From assembly GCA_910577015.1 (NCBI GenBank), contig CAJTKU010000001.1, positions 185,298 through 249,297 of the forward strand: 64,000 nt of DNA, given 5' to 3'. Under the pieces are notes generated by a model. That model ran no database searches. It was not told where the DNA came from and worked only from the letters and a program-made list of their open reading frames with translations. Shown piece by piece: positions 37,098 to 46,322 of the stretch. The DNA comes from an uncultured Lachnospiraceae bacterium (GTDB lineage Bacteria; Bacillota; Clostridia; Lachnospirales; Lachnospiraceae). Position numbers and translations under genes: made by a program. Each line of letters opens with the position of its first letter. Within the stretch, counting starts at the first letter, position 1.

Positions 37098-39605
37098 TTA
37101 TCTCATCTGTTCCATAAGCCTGCCCGCCAGTTTTACTGCTTCCGCTGCGTCCTTGGAATATCCGTCCGCGCCGATTTCCCGTGCGTATTCTTCTGTGATA
37201 ACGGCGCCGCCCACCATGAATTTTGCAGTGACTCCCTGCTCTCTGGCGTACTTTATGACAGCTTCCATCTGCTTCATGGTCGTTGTCATCAGCGCGGAAA
37301 GGGCTATAATGGAAGCATTATGCTGCTTTGCCGCTTCAATAATTGTTTCTTTGGGGACGTCCTTGCCCAAGTCTACCACCCGAAAACCATAGTTTTTTAA
37401 CATCAGGGCCACCAGATTTTTACCGATATCGTGAATGTCCCCTTCCACCGTGGCAATGATGATGACGGGCATGTCTTTCCCGGTCTTCTCGGTAAGAAGC
37501 AGTGGTTCCAGCACTTCAATGGCAAGCTTCATTGCTTCCGCGCCTGCAATCAACTGTGGAAGGAAATACCTTCCGCTGTCAAAGTAATCCCCTACCGTGT
37601 TAATGGCCGGCAAAAGCACTTCGTCCAACAGCGCCCTTGGCTCTTCCCCTTCTGCAAGGGCATCCCGCGTTATCTGCACAATTCCGCTTTTGTTCCCTTT
37701 TAACACCGCTTCTTTCAGCATATGCCTTACCGGACTGCCTTCTTCCTTTCCGCCGTCCTTTTTGGCTTCCTTACCTTCCTGCCCCTTTTCCACGCTCTTT
37801 GCAGCTGCCGGAGCGGCCGCCTGCAAATGCCGCAGGGCTTCTTCTCGCTGTTCCCTCTTTTCTTTCAAAACGCCCGCATAAGATATGTAGCGCATGTCTG
37901 CGTCTTCTTTGTTCAAAAGCAAATCAGCCGCAAACGCACAGCCCATTAACAGTTCCTGTGATGGATTGGCAATCGCCATGGTAAGTCCCGATTGTATCGC
38001 CATCGTCAGAAAGGCCGTATTCACATAACCTCTCTCCGGCATTCCGAAAGATATGTTGGAAAGCCCGCAGATTGTAGCAAACCCTTCCTTTTTGCAGAAA
38101 CGGATTGTTTGCAGGGTTTCTAACGCCGCCGTTTTATTGGCCCCCACCGTATTCACCAGTCCGTCCACCACAATATCTTCCTTTTGAAATCCGAGGTCTT
38201 TTGCCCTCTCCCATATTTTGCGGATAATCTCCTTTTTTTCCTCCAGATTGGCCGGCAGTCCTGCGTCGGAAAGCGGAAGCAGGATAAACATGGCGCCGTA
38301 TTTTTTTACAATGGGAAGCAACCGCTCAAATTTTTCCTTCTCATAGGAGACGGAATTGATTAAAGCCCTGCCGGGGTAACGCCTAAGCGCCGCTTCCAGA
38401 ACGGAGATATGGCTGGAATCAAGGGAAAGGGGCAGACTGGTAACCGTGCCCACCTCCTCAATCGCCTTCAGCATCATCTCCTTTTCGTCTATACCACCCA
38501 TCCCCATGTTGACGTCAAGGATACTTGCTCCGCAGTTCTCCTGTTCCTCCGCAAATTCCCTGACCATATCAAGGGAGCCTTCTTTAAGCGCCGCCTGCAG
38601 TTTCTTTTTGCCGGTAGGGTTGATGCGCTCCCCCACCACGATAAAAGAATTATCCAAGGTAAAGGACACCGTCTGTCTTTCAGACGCAAGACAGCGAAGG
38701 CCTGACTGTCCTTTACACCTTCCCTGCCTTTCCACTCCCAATTTCTCTTTAAGCAATGCAATATATGAGGGCTGGGTGCCGCAGCATCCGCCAAATATAG
38801 AAGCCCCTGCTTCTTTCAACAGCCTCATTTCCTCTGCAAATTCTTCGGGCTGCATGTCATAACAGGTATTTCCCTCCTTGTCCACAAAAGGAAGCCCTGC
38901 ATTGGGTTTCGCTATAACGGGAATCCTCACCGCCTGCGCCATTTCCCCGATAATACCCTGCATGGCAGCAGGACCCGTGGAGCAGTTTGCCCCGATAGCG
39001 TCTGCGCCTAAAGAGGAAAGCACTACTGCGGCAGTTAACGCGTCTGTCCCGAAAAGGGTTCTGCCGTCCCCTTCAAAAGTCATCGTCACCATAACGGGTA
39101 AATCGCAGGTTTCTTTGGCTGCAATGAGGGCTGCCCTGGTCTCCTGCAGGCTCATCATGGTTTCTATGACAAGCAAATCAACCCCTGCATCCAGAAGCGC
39201 CAGAATCTGCTCTTTATAGATGGTAATTAATTCCTCAAAATCCATCTTTCCGATAGGGGCAAGCTGCTGTCCCGTCATGGTAAGGTTTCCTGCAATATAA
39301 GCTTTACCTTCCGCCGCCTGCCTGGACAATGCCACCAGTTTTTTTGTCATATCCCTAAGATTATTCTGCAGGCCGTATTCCGCAAGTTTAATCCTGTTTG
39401 CCGAAAAAGTAGGTGCATAAAGGATATTACTGCCCGCTTTAACATAAGCCTTTTGCAGTTCCAGAAGTACCCCGGGGTTTTCCAGAATCCACTTTTCAGG
39501 ACAGACGCCCGCAGGCATTCCCGCTTTCATCAGGTTAGAACCGGTCGCCCCATCCAGATATATATTATTTTTACTGCTCCAAGCCGCAAATTCCTTTTTC
39601 GTCAT
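37098..39605 (-). CDS. metH: Methionine synthase, short form (Hcy-binding + pterin-binding + B12-binding; no reactivation domain)
   Basis: ORF 37098..39653; ATG 39605 (MTKKEFAAW). Domain order was read from motifs (GGCCGT region, pterin-binding barrel, DIHDIGKN B12 loop). The protein ends right after the Rossmann B12 domain. Confidence 0.88.
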   Translation of the reverse strand: MTKKEFAAWSSKNNIYLDGATGSNLMKAGMPAGVCPEKWILENPGVLLELQKAYVKAGSNILYAPTFSANRIKLAEYGLQNNLRDMTKKLVALSRQAAEGKAYIAGNLTMTGQQLAPIGKMDFEELITIYKEQILALLDAGVDLLVIETMMSLQETRAALIAAKETCDLPVMVTMTFEGDGRTLFGTDALTAAVVLSSLGADAIGANCSTGPAAMQGIIGEMAQAVRIPVIAKPNAGLPFVDKEGNTCYDMQPEEFAEEMRLLKEAGASIFGGCCGTQPSYIALLKEKLGVERQGRCKGQSGLRCLASERQTVSFTLDNSFIVVGERINPTGKKKLQAALKEGSLDMVREFAEEQENCGASILDVNMGMGGIDEKEMMLKAIEEVGTVTSLPLSLDSSHISVLEAALRRYPGRALINSVSYEKEKFERLLPIVKKYGAMFILLPLSDAGLPANLEEKKEIIRKIWERAKDLGFQKEDIVVDGLVNTVGANKTAALETLQTIRFCKKEGFATICGLSNISFGMPERGYVNTAFLTMAIQSGLTMAIANPSQELLMGCAFAADLLLNKEDADMRYISYAGVLKEKREQREEALRHLQAAAPAAAKSVEKGQEGKEAKKDGGKEEGSPVRHMLKEAVLKGNKSGIVQITRDALAEGEEPRALLDEVLLPAINTVGDYFDSGRYFLPQLIAGAEAMKLAIEVLEPLLLTEKTGKDMPVIIIATVEGDIHDIGKNLVALMLKNYGFRVVDLGKDVPKETIIEAAKQHNASIIALSALMTTTMKQMEAVIKYAREQGVTAKFMVGGAVITEEYAREIGADGYSKDAAEAVKLAGRLMEQMR

Positions 39606-39675
39606 TTTAATAACCATACCTTTCCGTAACCTGCAAATTTGAGCCACAGGCACAAATTGCGAGTGAAAAATTTAT

Positions 39676-39767
39676 AAGTGCCGCATTTCCGGCATTTTCC
39701 GGCGTGGAACTTAGAAGTTCTCCGCGAAACAGCCTTTGCTGTGAGCGACTAGAACTTCTTTCCACGC
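39676..39767. repeat. Possible related palindromic element, copy D (weak)
   Basis: gcgtggaacttagaagttct / agaacttctttccacgc form an inverted repeat. It is preceded by gtgccgcatttccggcatttt, which holds the family motifs GTGCCGC and CCGGCATTT in a different arrangement. Confidence 0.35.
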
Positions 39768-39930
39768 TACCAACATTTTACAGCTTTGCTGCGAGTGTTA
39801 AAAGTACTTCACACAATATTATCACGATTTTACGAATTGGGCAATTGGATTGTGTTTCCTTATTGCTTTCACGGCAAAAATATGATAAATTCAATATGTT
39901 ACTTAAATACTGACTACGGAGGACGGGTAA

Positions 39931-40404
39931 TTGAAAAACAGATTTCTGCTGCTCTTGTCATCACTTGTTTTATGCTTATCTCTGGCAGGCTGCGGCGAAG
40001 ACCCCCAATTAACACAGTTTAAAAATGACATTGACTCTTTTTGCAACGAAATCGCTGTCATTGACACCAACATCAACAGCATAGACGCACAGTCCGAAAA
40101 TGCAAAATATGAGCTTCTCGGCTATCTTGACCAGCTGGACCAGTCTTTCAAGACACTGGCGGAGATTACCGTACCGGAAGAATACGCATATATTGAAGGG
40201 CTTGCAGATGAGGCAAGCAGTTATATGACCATTGCCGTGGAGTCTTATCACGAAGCGTTTGGGGAAAGTTCTTACAATGAATACACTGCGGAGTATGCAA
40301 GGGAAAATTATGAGAGAGCCTACAAACGCATCACAGTTATTATAAAACTATTGCACGGGGAAGATATTTCCGACCTGGGTGCGACCATTGAAGAAAGCGA
40401 ATAA
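39931..40404 (+). CDS. Lipoprotein (157 aa)
   Basis: TTG start 8 nt after GGAGGA. Signal peptide with lipobox LSLAGC. The mature part is not recognised. Confidence 0.7.
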   Translation: MKNRFLLLLSSLVLCLSLAGCGEDPQLTQFKNDIDSFCNEIAVIDTNINSIDAQSENAKYELLGYLDQLDQSFKTLAEITVPEEYAYIEGLADEASSYMTIAVESYHEAFGESSYNEYTAEYARENYERAYKRITVIIKLLHGEDISDLGATIEESE

Positions 40405-40409
40405 ATATT

Positions 40410-40449
40410 TACCCAATAAAAAACCGCATAGGCGGTTTTTTATTGGGTA
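40410..40449. terminator. Bidirectional terminator shared by convergent genes
   Basis: A perfect 18-bp stem tacccaataaaaaaccgc-atag-gcggttttttattgggta. The right arm contains the last codons of the deacetylase gene. Confidence 0.8.
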
Positions 40450-41231
40450 AAATCAGATAACGGCCTGAACTCATATCCCATTTCTTCCCATCTGGTAAGC
40501 AGTTCATCGAGAATTTCCCCGTTTGTCTGCGAGGTGCTATGTAACAGTACAATGGCTCCGGGATGTATCCTGCCAATTAATTTATCGAAAGCTTCTTCTC
40601 TTGTCGGCTGGTTATCCTGATACCAGTCCACATAGGCGAGACTCCAGAAAAAGGTATGATATCCCAGTTCTTTTGCCATCTGCAAATTCTCCTTACTGTA
40701 CTTTCCCTGGGGCGGCCGGTAATACATTGCCAAATCCTCTCCGGTTATCTCCTTAAACAGGGCGGAAACATCTTCCATTTCCCTTTGAAAAGAATCCATG
40801 CTGGAAATCTGTGACATATCAGGGTGATGAAAAGTGTGATTGCCCACCGTATGGCCTTCTTCCACCATTCTCTTCACGATATCCGGCGCTGATTCCAGAA
40901 AATGACCCACCACAAAAAAGGTAGCCGGAGCATCATGATTTTTCAGGGCGTCCAGTATCGGTTCCGTATTGCCGTTTTCAAATCCACAGTCAAACGTCAG
41001 GTATATTACCATCTTACTGTCATCACCCACATAATGGGCATTATATTTTTCCAGTTCATCACTGGTAGCATTCCCTGTCGGCTGCGCACCTTCTTTTCCA
41101 AACCCCAATCCCCAGTTTTCGGTTTCCACCAGATGGGATGAGGCAGTTTCCACATAATGTACCACATATCCTGCCGCCCTGCCCAAAAAGAACATCGCTA
41201 CAAAAAGCGGCAATACCCAAAATTTTTTCAT
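40440..41231 (-). CDS. Polysaccharide deacetylase (NodB/PdaA-like)
   Basis: 263 aa with an N-terminal signal/TM. Contains TFDCGFENG and HTFHHPDM NodB motifs. Confidence 0.85.
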   Translation of the reverse strand: MKKFWVLPLFVAMFFLGRAAGYVVHYVETASSHLVETENWGLGFGKEGAQPTGNATSDELEKYNAHYVGDDSKMVIYLTFDCGFENGNTEPILDALKNHDAPATFFVVGHFLESAPDIVKRMVEEGHTVGNHTFHHPDMSQISSMDSFQREMEDVSALFKEITGEDLAMYYRPPQGKYSKENLQMAKELGYHTFFWSLAYVDWYQDNQPTREEAFDKLIGRIHPGAIVLLHSTSQTNGEILDELLTRWEEMGYEFRPLSDFTQ

Positions 41232-41320
41232 AAAAAAACCCTTCTATTCTGTTGTTAGAATATATGAAGGGTTTTTTCAAATCATGACTTGCAAAGCCAA
41301 ATTTTTAACCAAACGGATGA

Positions 41321-41857
41321 TTAGAAATATCTGTAAAAACTTGGGTCATTGATAACCACATTCAAATATACGCAGAAGAAAACGATTGCCACTACAATGC
41401 TGATTGCAGATACAATAATTGCCGCAATACCCAGCCCGGATTTTTTCTTAACCTGTCCGATAATGGAAAAGATAAGACCCACTATACCAATCAATGCGGA
41501 AATCCAGCTTAAAATACAGGAAGACAAAAGCGCTAAGATAGCAATTACAAAGCCTGCAATAGACAATCCGCTGGTGCCGCCTGTGGTCTGCATCGGAACC
41601 GCATAAGGCTGCTGGTACATATTCTGGTCCGGCATCTGCTGGTATGCATTCTGCTCATAACCAGTCTGCTGGTACGGCTGCTGATAGCCCTGCTGATAAT
41701 TAGGCTGCTGATAGCCCTGCTGTTGATAACCCGGCTGTTGATAGTTAGGCTGCTGATAACCCGGCTGCTGATAGTTAGGCTGCTGGTAGTTCGATTGTTC
41801 CGGCGTCTGTGAAGGCTGCTGCCCGGAATAGTTGTTATTGAAATTTTGTCCGTCCAT
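41321..41857 (-). CDS. Membrane protein with N-terminal Q/P/Y-rich repeats (QPNYQQPGYQQ) and C-terminal two-TM domain
   Basis: 178 aa. The tandem repeats are visible in DNA at 41640-41800. The C-terminal TM hairpin resembles those of 43208..43792 and 43935..44213. Confidence 0.7.
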   Translation of the reverse strand: MDGQNFNNNYSGQQPSQTPEQSNYQQPNYQQPGYQQPNYQQPGYQQQGYQQPNYQQGYQQPYQQTGYEQNAYQQMPDQNMYQQPYAVPMQTTGGTSGLSIAGFVIAILALLSSCILSWISALIGIVGLIFSIIGQVKKKSGLGIAAIIVSAISIVVAIVFFCVYLNVVINDPSFYRYF

Positions 41858-41910
41858 GATTAATGAACTCCTCTCTTTAATAATATTTGTAAAAGGTTCC
41901 CCTTCCTACA

Positions 41911-42333
41911 TCAAAAAGCAATGATATCAAATCCAAACTTTAAAATATTCTTTATGATACAATTTGAAATAACTATAAATAATGCCGAATATAAAAACCA
42001 ATTATGAAACCGCACCCCTCTGATTCGTCCCCTGCTGCAGATGCAGATAGTCTGGGAAACCATAAAAACAATGTATATTATGGCTGTATAAACCACCAGC
42101 GGATGGTAATACAGAGATAACAGAAAATGCCCTTCAAAAAATGCTTTCAATGCCCTGCTTCCGCCGCACCCGGGACAGTAAACTCCCAGATAACGATGCA
42201 GGACACAAGGAGGAAATAAACCGTCCTCCTGAAAGGATAAATACAGCAAGGCAAGCGGAAGCCCAATCAGCAATGCAAATAAACCTGTAATATATAGTCC
42301 TCTTTCCAGCGTAATCCTTTTTTTCCCATACAT
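41911..42333 (-). CDS. DUF2752-type membrane protein
   Basis: ATG 42333 (MYGKKRITLE). CPGCGGSRA motif followed by TM helices. Confidence 0.65.
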   Translation of the reverse strand: MYGKKRITLERGLYITGLFALLIGLPLALLYLSFQEDGLFPPCVLHRYLGVYCPGCGGSRALKAFFEGHFLLSLYYHPLVVYTAIIYIVFMVSQTICICSRGRIRGVRFHNWFLYSALFIVISNCIIKNILKFGFDIIAF

Positions 42334-42334
42334 A

Positions 42335-43132
42335 TCAGTTTTTCTTCCTGTACTTTCCACTGGCCAATATTACCGCTGCCGGAAGCAAAATCAGGCTAAT
42401 CAACTGGGAAGTGGAAAAAATACCCATTTTTCCTCTGATGACATCCCCCCGCAGCATCTCCAATAAAAACCTTATGACTGTGTAATACAGAAAATATATT
42501 CCAATCAACTGTCCCGAACGCAGTATCTTCTTTTTCATCAGATAAAATAAGACAAAAAACATAATTACATTGAATCCTGCCTCCAACAGCTGCACAGGCA
42601 CCCTGGGAACCTGGCTCAGTTCAGGCACTGCTTCATTGTATGGAAACTGCACGCTTCCAAAACCGTGATACTCCCTTCCGTAACAGCATCCGGCTAAAAA
42701 ACAGCCTATTCTGCCAAAGCCGTGAATCAAAGGGATGAAAGGTGCATAGTAATCCGCCATTTTCAGAAACGGCAAGTTATATTTTCTGCAATAAATCCAT
42801 GCGCCAACGACTGCGCCAAGCAAACCGCCATAAAAGACAAGTCCCCCAAAAGCATAATCCAATGCGTCCAAAGGAATCTTTTTAAACCACTTCCAATACA
42901 TATCAAAATGTAACAAAATGTTGGGAAGTCTTGTAAGAAAGTACAAAAGCTTGGCTCCAACCAGAAGGCCAATCACTCCATATGCCGCTGCAAAAATCAC
43001 ATCCGACTTATCCAGCCCGTATGCTTTGGCATTTTGTCGGGCAATTGCCATCGCAATAAAAAATCCAATCACAAAAACAATACCATATAACGGCAGGGAA
43101 AACTTACCTGCTATCTGTATGTAAGGTAACAT
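42335..43132 (-). CDS. lgt: Prolipoprotein diacylglyceryl transferase
   Basis: ATG 43132 (MLPYIQIAGKFSLPLYG) behind aaaggag. Contains the GRIGCFLAGCCYG motif. The longer ORF-track start would run through an upstream hairpin. Confidence 0.9.
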   Translation of the reverse strand: MLPYIQIAGKFSLPLYGIVFVIGFFIAMAIARQNAKAYGLDKSDVIFAAAYGVIGLLVGAKLLYFLTRLPNILLHFDMYWKWFKKIPLDALDYAFGGLVFYGGLLGAVVGAWIYCRKYNLPFLKMADYYAPFIPLIHGFGRIGCFLAGCCYGREYHGFGSVQFPYNEAVPELSQVPRVPVQLLEAGFNVIMFFVLFYLMKKKILRSGQLIGIYFLYYTVIRFLLEMLRGDVIRGKMGIFSTSQLISLILLPAAVILASGKYRKKN

Positions 43133-43147
43133 GCCGACTCCTTTTTT

Positions 43148-43176
43148 AAAAGGCTGTTGCATAAGCAACAGCCTTT
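43148..43176 (-). terminator. Putative terminator/hairpin between the zinc-ribbon gene and lgt
   Basis: aaaggctgttgc-ataa-gcaacagccttt forms a 12-bp stem. The U-tract is short. Confidence 0.4.
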
Positions 43177-43207
43177 CAGCTTATCAGACTATACGGACTA
43201 TGAAAGA

Positions 43208-43792
43208 TTAATAATAATAATCAAATAAGTCTTCAAAATCATCCAGGTCAAAGCTGTCGCCAAAGGTACTCTTTAAATCATTTTTGGCCTTGCAGCTTCC
43301 GCCCACACAGCCATAGCAGGTATAACCGCCGCTGACTGCACCGCAAATACCGCAGCTTGCTGCAAAAATAACGCCAAAAATCAATCCCAGTATTCCGCAG
43401 ACCAAACCTGCGGAACCCTTTGCATTATTGGTCTCCTTCCTTGCGCTGATACCCGTAACCAATGCAACAACGCCCAAAATCACTGCAAGCAGACCGCCAA
43501 ATACACCAAACATAATGCCGCCAAATACTGCAACAATGATGCTGATGACACCGCAGATAGTCGAAATCGTTGCATTCACATTACTGCCTCCATCCGGTGC
43601 AGGAACAGGCGCTACAGGCATCTGACCGGGCGTCTGGTAAACCGGTCCATTATTAACCGGCATTCCGTTGTTTACCGGAGTACTGTTATTAACCGAAGCG
43701 CTGTTGTCTGTCTGTACGCCTAATGCTGTACCGCAGTTCGGACATACATTTGCCCCATCCGGCACTTGGTTTCCACAATTACCACAAAACAT
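43208..43792 (-). CDS. Zinc-ribbon + multi-TM membrane protein
   Basis: ATG 43792 (MFCGNCGNQVPDGANVCPNCG) behind ggaggg. An N/P/V-rich linker precedes G/A/I-rich TM helices. Confidence 0.7.
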   Translation of the reverse strand: MFCGNCGNQVPDGANVCPNCGTALGVQTDNSASVNNSTPVNNGMPVNNGPVYQTPGQMPVAPVPAPDGGSNVNATISTICGVISIIVAVFGGIMFGVFGGLLAVILGVVALVTGISARKETNNAKGSAGLVCGILGLIFGVIFAASCGICGAVSGGYTCYGCVGGSCKAKNDLKSTFGDSFDLDDFEDLFDYYY

Positions 43793-43934
43793 CTTTTTCC
43801 CTCCTGTAAGAAAATATAACATTTTTTATAATTACTATGTAACTGTATATTACATTATTCAGTTTACCAATCCAGTGCATTAAAGTCAATATAATTCTGC
43901 CTTATATTTGTAGAAAACACTGCTTTATTCCCAT

Positions 43935-44213
43935 TTACACAGTCATAAAAAATAAACCTCTTCTGGCTGCGCCGCACATACTGCAGCTTACTGCAAAAAA
44001 AACTCCGAATATCAATCCCATTATACCGCAGACAAAACCGGCGGTTCCCTTTGCGCCATTGGTTTCCTTTCTTGCGCTGATACCAGTTACCAATGCAACA
44101 GCGCCCAAAACCGCTGCAAGCAGACCGCCAGACACACCGAACATGATACCGCCAATTTCCGCAACAATGATGCTGATAACGCCAAAGATGGTCGAAATCG
44201 TCGCTTTTAACAT
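43935..44213 (-). CDS. Stand-alone paralog of the TM domain of 43208..43792 (92 aa)
   Basis: ATG 44213 behind ggaggagaaagg. About 85% nucleotide identity by eye between 44010-44215 and 43380-43600. Confidence 0.65.
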   Translation of the reverse strand: MLKATISTIFGVISIIVAEIGGIMFGVSGGLLAAVLGAVALVTGISARKETNGAKGTAGFVCGIMGLIFGVFFAVSCSMCGAARRGLFFMTV

Positions 44214-44268
44214 CCTTTCTCCTCCATTAAGGCAATAAATCTTGCAAAAATGCGTTGATATTTTATGT

Positions 44269-44304
44269 GAAAACGCCATAATTCTTATGAATTGTGGCGT
44301 TTTC
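44269..44304. terminator. 16-bp stem hairpin at the junction between host genes and the prophage-like element
   Basis: gaaaacgccataattc-ttat-gaattgtggcgttttc has 15/16 pairs. Flanking sequence is T-rich on the plus side. Confidence 0.5.
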
Positions 44305-44343
44305 TATCTTGATTTCTCATTTTGTTGCTTTCGGTTCAACTAA

Positions 44344-44415
44344 TTAAAATTTTCCTGCTTTTGCCGCTTCCTCAATCGAGACGGTAACATACGCTTTTTC
44401 AGCACTTATCGCCAT
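44344..44415 (-). CDS. Possible 23-aa micro-ORF
   Basis: ATG 44415 behind ggaggt gives MAISAEKAYVTVSIEEAAKAGKF. The only support is the SD. Confidence 0.2.
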   Translation of the reverse strand: MAISAEKAYVTVSIEEAAKAGKF

Positions 44416-44493
44416 TTTTGTTACCTCCACGTTGCCTATTCAGCAATTTTTCTCACTTGCGAGCACATCCCACGACATTTTTAGCGCAAATAC

Positions 44494-44733
44494 TCAGCTC
44501 TCTGTGCCATCATACACATAGCCGGTTTCTTCCCAAAACTTCATCGGCGATATGTAATAATCATATTGTGAGCTGCCCTCTTTCTTGAAAGCCACTCCGA
44601 ATTTCAGAAATCCAAGTATGATGCCCTGGCGGATAAACTGCTGATCCTTTTTCATTACTCTGGCCGCTACAGCTACCGGAACATTTTCGCCGGTAAACTC
44701 TGGCACTTTCAAATATACCTTGTTCCTATCCAT
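44494..44733 (-). CDS. Small DNA-binding protein, excisionase/HTH_17-like
   Basis: 79 aa. VAARVMKKDQQFIRQGIILGFLKFGVAFKKEGSSQYDYYISPMKFWEETGY resembles short phage Xis-like HTH proteins (by eye). Confidence 0.45.
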   Translation of the reverse strand: MDRNKVYLKVPEFTGENVPVAVAARVMKKDQQFIRQGIILGFLKFGVAFKKEGSSQYDYYISPMKFWEETGYVYDGTES

Positions 44734-44977
44734 TTGTCAACGCCTTCCTTTCCTTTGCCAAATTTAATGCCTGCAGGATGTCGTTTGCTTTCTTCTCCCC
44801 GATCCCTTTTACCTGGAGGATTGCCTGCGTAATCTCTTCATCGGATAATATGGGAATCTCCTTTTTTCCCGCCTCATACCCCCTCTTATACAAGTCCTCA
44901 CAGAACGCACTCATTTGTCCGTGGTCCATCTTCCTGACATCCTTGTATGTTTTCCTGTTCAATTCGTATGTCCTCAC
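44726..44977 (-). CDS. Hypothetical protein with helix-hairpin-helix motif
   Basis: GTG start at 44977, 8 nt after aaggagg. Contains VKGIGEKKANDIL. Confidence 0.5.
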   Translation of the reverse strand: MRTYELNRKTYKDVRKMDHGQMSAFCEDLYKRGYEAGKKEIPILSDEEITQAILQVKGIGEKKANDILQALNLAKERKALTNG

Positions 44978-44994
44978 TCCATCGCCTCCTTAAT

Positions 44995-45777
44995 TCATAT
45001 ATCAAACAAACTTAACTGCATATTTTCGGATGCAAACCTTTTATCCAGGTCATGAATTGTGCTGCCGTCTGACCGATACGGAAAAGGCATCCTATTTTGC
45101 CAATCCTTGAAACTGCTCCATAGCTCCGGCAGATGCTTTCGGATATTTCTCAGCTCCTTCAGATTCTTTTGCTGGCAATGCTGGCAACTTACCCTATCCA
45201 ATATGTCATATAGCCGGATTCCGAATTGTTTCCACTGCACTCCATGCTGGTAGCAATACTCCAGACAGTCCGCCTCCGTCATGCCCCACTTTATCAGTGG
45301 GTATGACTTCGCATAATTCTTATGGGGCTTTATGTCTATTCTCTGTGCCTCGTCAGCTGCTATGCCTACATACTCAATCACAAACCGCTCCAATGACTGA
45401 TAATATCCATTCAACAGCTGCCTTTTTATGGCCGTTCCCCAGCGCTGCTTTCCGCACCATCCATACCCTTTACATCCATTTTGCTTTTCATGCTCAAATG
45501 CCATGAACTCAAACATGCCCAGCTCAACTCCTGTGGCCGCTCTGTATTCCTGGTACTCTTCTGTTTCTGGTATGCTGAGGACCGTAAACTTGATTCTCTC
45601 TTTCAAGCATATACTTGCCGCAAACAGAAGAGTATCGTATGTTGCCTGGTATTCATCGCCCAAATCTACAGTTACCACTTCATCCAGCCTCACACCTTCC
45701 TCTAAAATTTTTAAGAACAGCGCCAGGCTGTCCTTGCCGCCGCTTAGCGACAATGTGTAATATGAAAGATTCTTCAT
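44995..45777 (-). CDS. PAPS reductase-like PP-loop ATPase (phage type)
   Basis: 260 aa with N-terminal PP-loop SLSGGKDS and a Cys-rich C-terminal part (CQHCQQK). Confidence 0.8.
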   Translation of the reverse strand: MKNLSYYTLSLSGGKDSLALFLKILEEGVRLDEVVTVDLGDEYQATYDTLLFAASICLKERIKFTVLSIPETEEYQEYRAATGVELGMFEFMAFEHEKQNGCKGYGWCGKQRWGTAIKRQLLNGYYQSLERFVIEYVGIAADEAQRIDIKPHKNYAKSYPLIKWGMTEADCLEYCYQHGVQWKQFGIRLYDILDRVSCQHCQQKNLKELRNIRKHLPELWSSFKDWQNRMPFPYRSDGSTIHDLDKRFASENMQLSLFDI

Positions 45778-45952
45778 AACACCACGAACAAATCACTCTG
45801 TATCGTGGATAACGCCCTATGGCCTCCCATGCTACGCGGATATATGTCTTTCTCCATGTGGATCCATCCATAATCCCTCACGCTGCTAGTAGGGCATTTT
45901 TCGCCAGCAGTTATACACCCTCTGCATCAACCCGGTTTACCGGGACTCGTTA

Positions 45953-46312
45953 TTACTCCTTTCTCTCTCCTTTGCTTAAATTAACCCATATCACAGCTCC
46001 CTGCGGATGCCGATATGGGATAGGCTCCGTAAATCTTATGGCATCCTTTAGATACCAGATATGCGGCTCTTCGTATGGCAGGCTGTCAAATTCGCCAGGG
46101 ATATGATGATATTTCCGGAACATATCGAAATCTTCTCTCAGCAGTAGCGAGGACCCGACTATCTCAACGCTCCCCTGGATCATCCCGGTACCGGAAAATA
46201 TCACCCCTACCCTGCCGCGCACCCGCGTTCCTATGCCACGAATTTCCCACGGCTTAGAGCCATCCAGTATGAGGTTGCCCCAATGTTCCTTGACAATAAA
46301 AGCTCTATCCAT
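45953..46312 (-). CDS. ASCH domain protein
   Basis: ATG 46312 behind aggagg. MDRAFIVKEHWGNLILDGSKPWEIRG is the typical ASCH N-terminus. Confidence 0.7.
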   Translation of the reverse strand: MDRAFIVKEHWGNLILDGSKPWEIRGIGTRVRGRVGVIFSGTGMIQGSVEIVGSSLLLREDFDMFRKYHHIPGEFDSLPYEEPHIWYLKDAIRFTEPIPYRHPQGAVIWVNLSKGERKE

Positions 46313-46322
46313 CTGCGACCTC

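Noticed and set aside
44305-44493. Search for an integrase, tRNA target or att direct repeat at the left end of the prophage-like element.
   Set aside because: No recombinase-like ORF, no tRNA-like sequence and no repeat partner is visible. The other end of the element is outside the window, so the boundary remains an inference.
45778-45952. The 175-bp gap between the ASCH and PAPS-reductase-like genes. It has a cccggtaaaccggg hairpin and a 27-codon ORF ending in an ATGA overlap with the downstream ATG, and also contains ORF 45680..45871.
   Set aside because: There is no convincing SD for either small ORF, and the hairpin lacks a U-tract. The evidence is too weak to call a gene, terminator or RNA.
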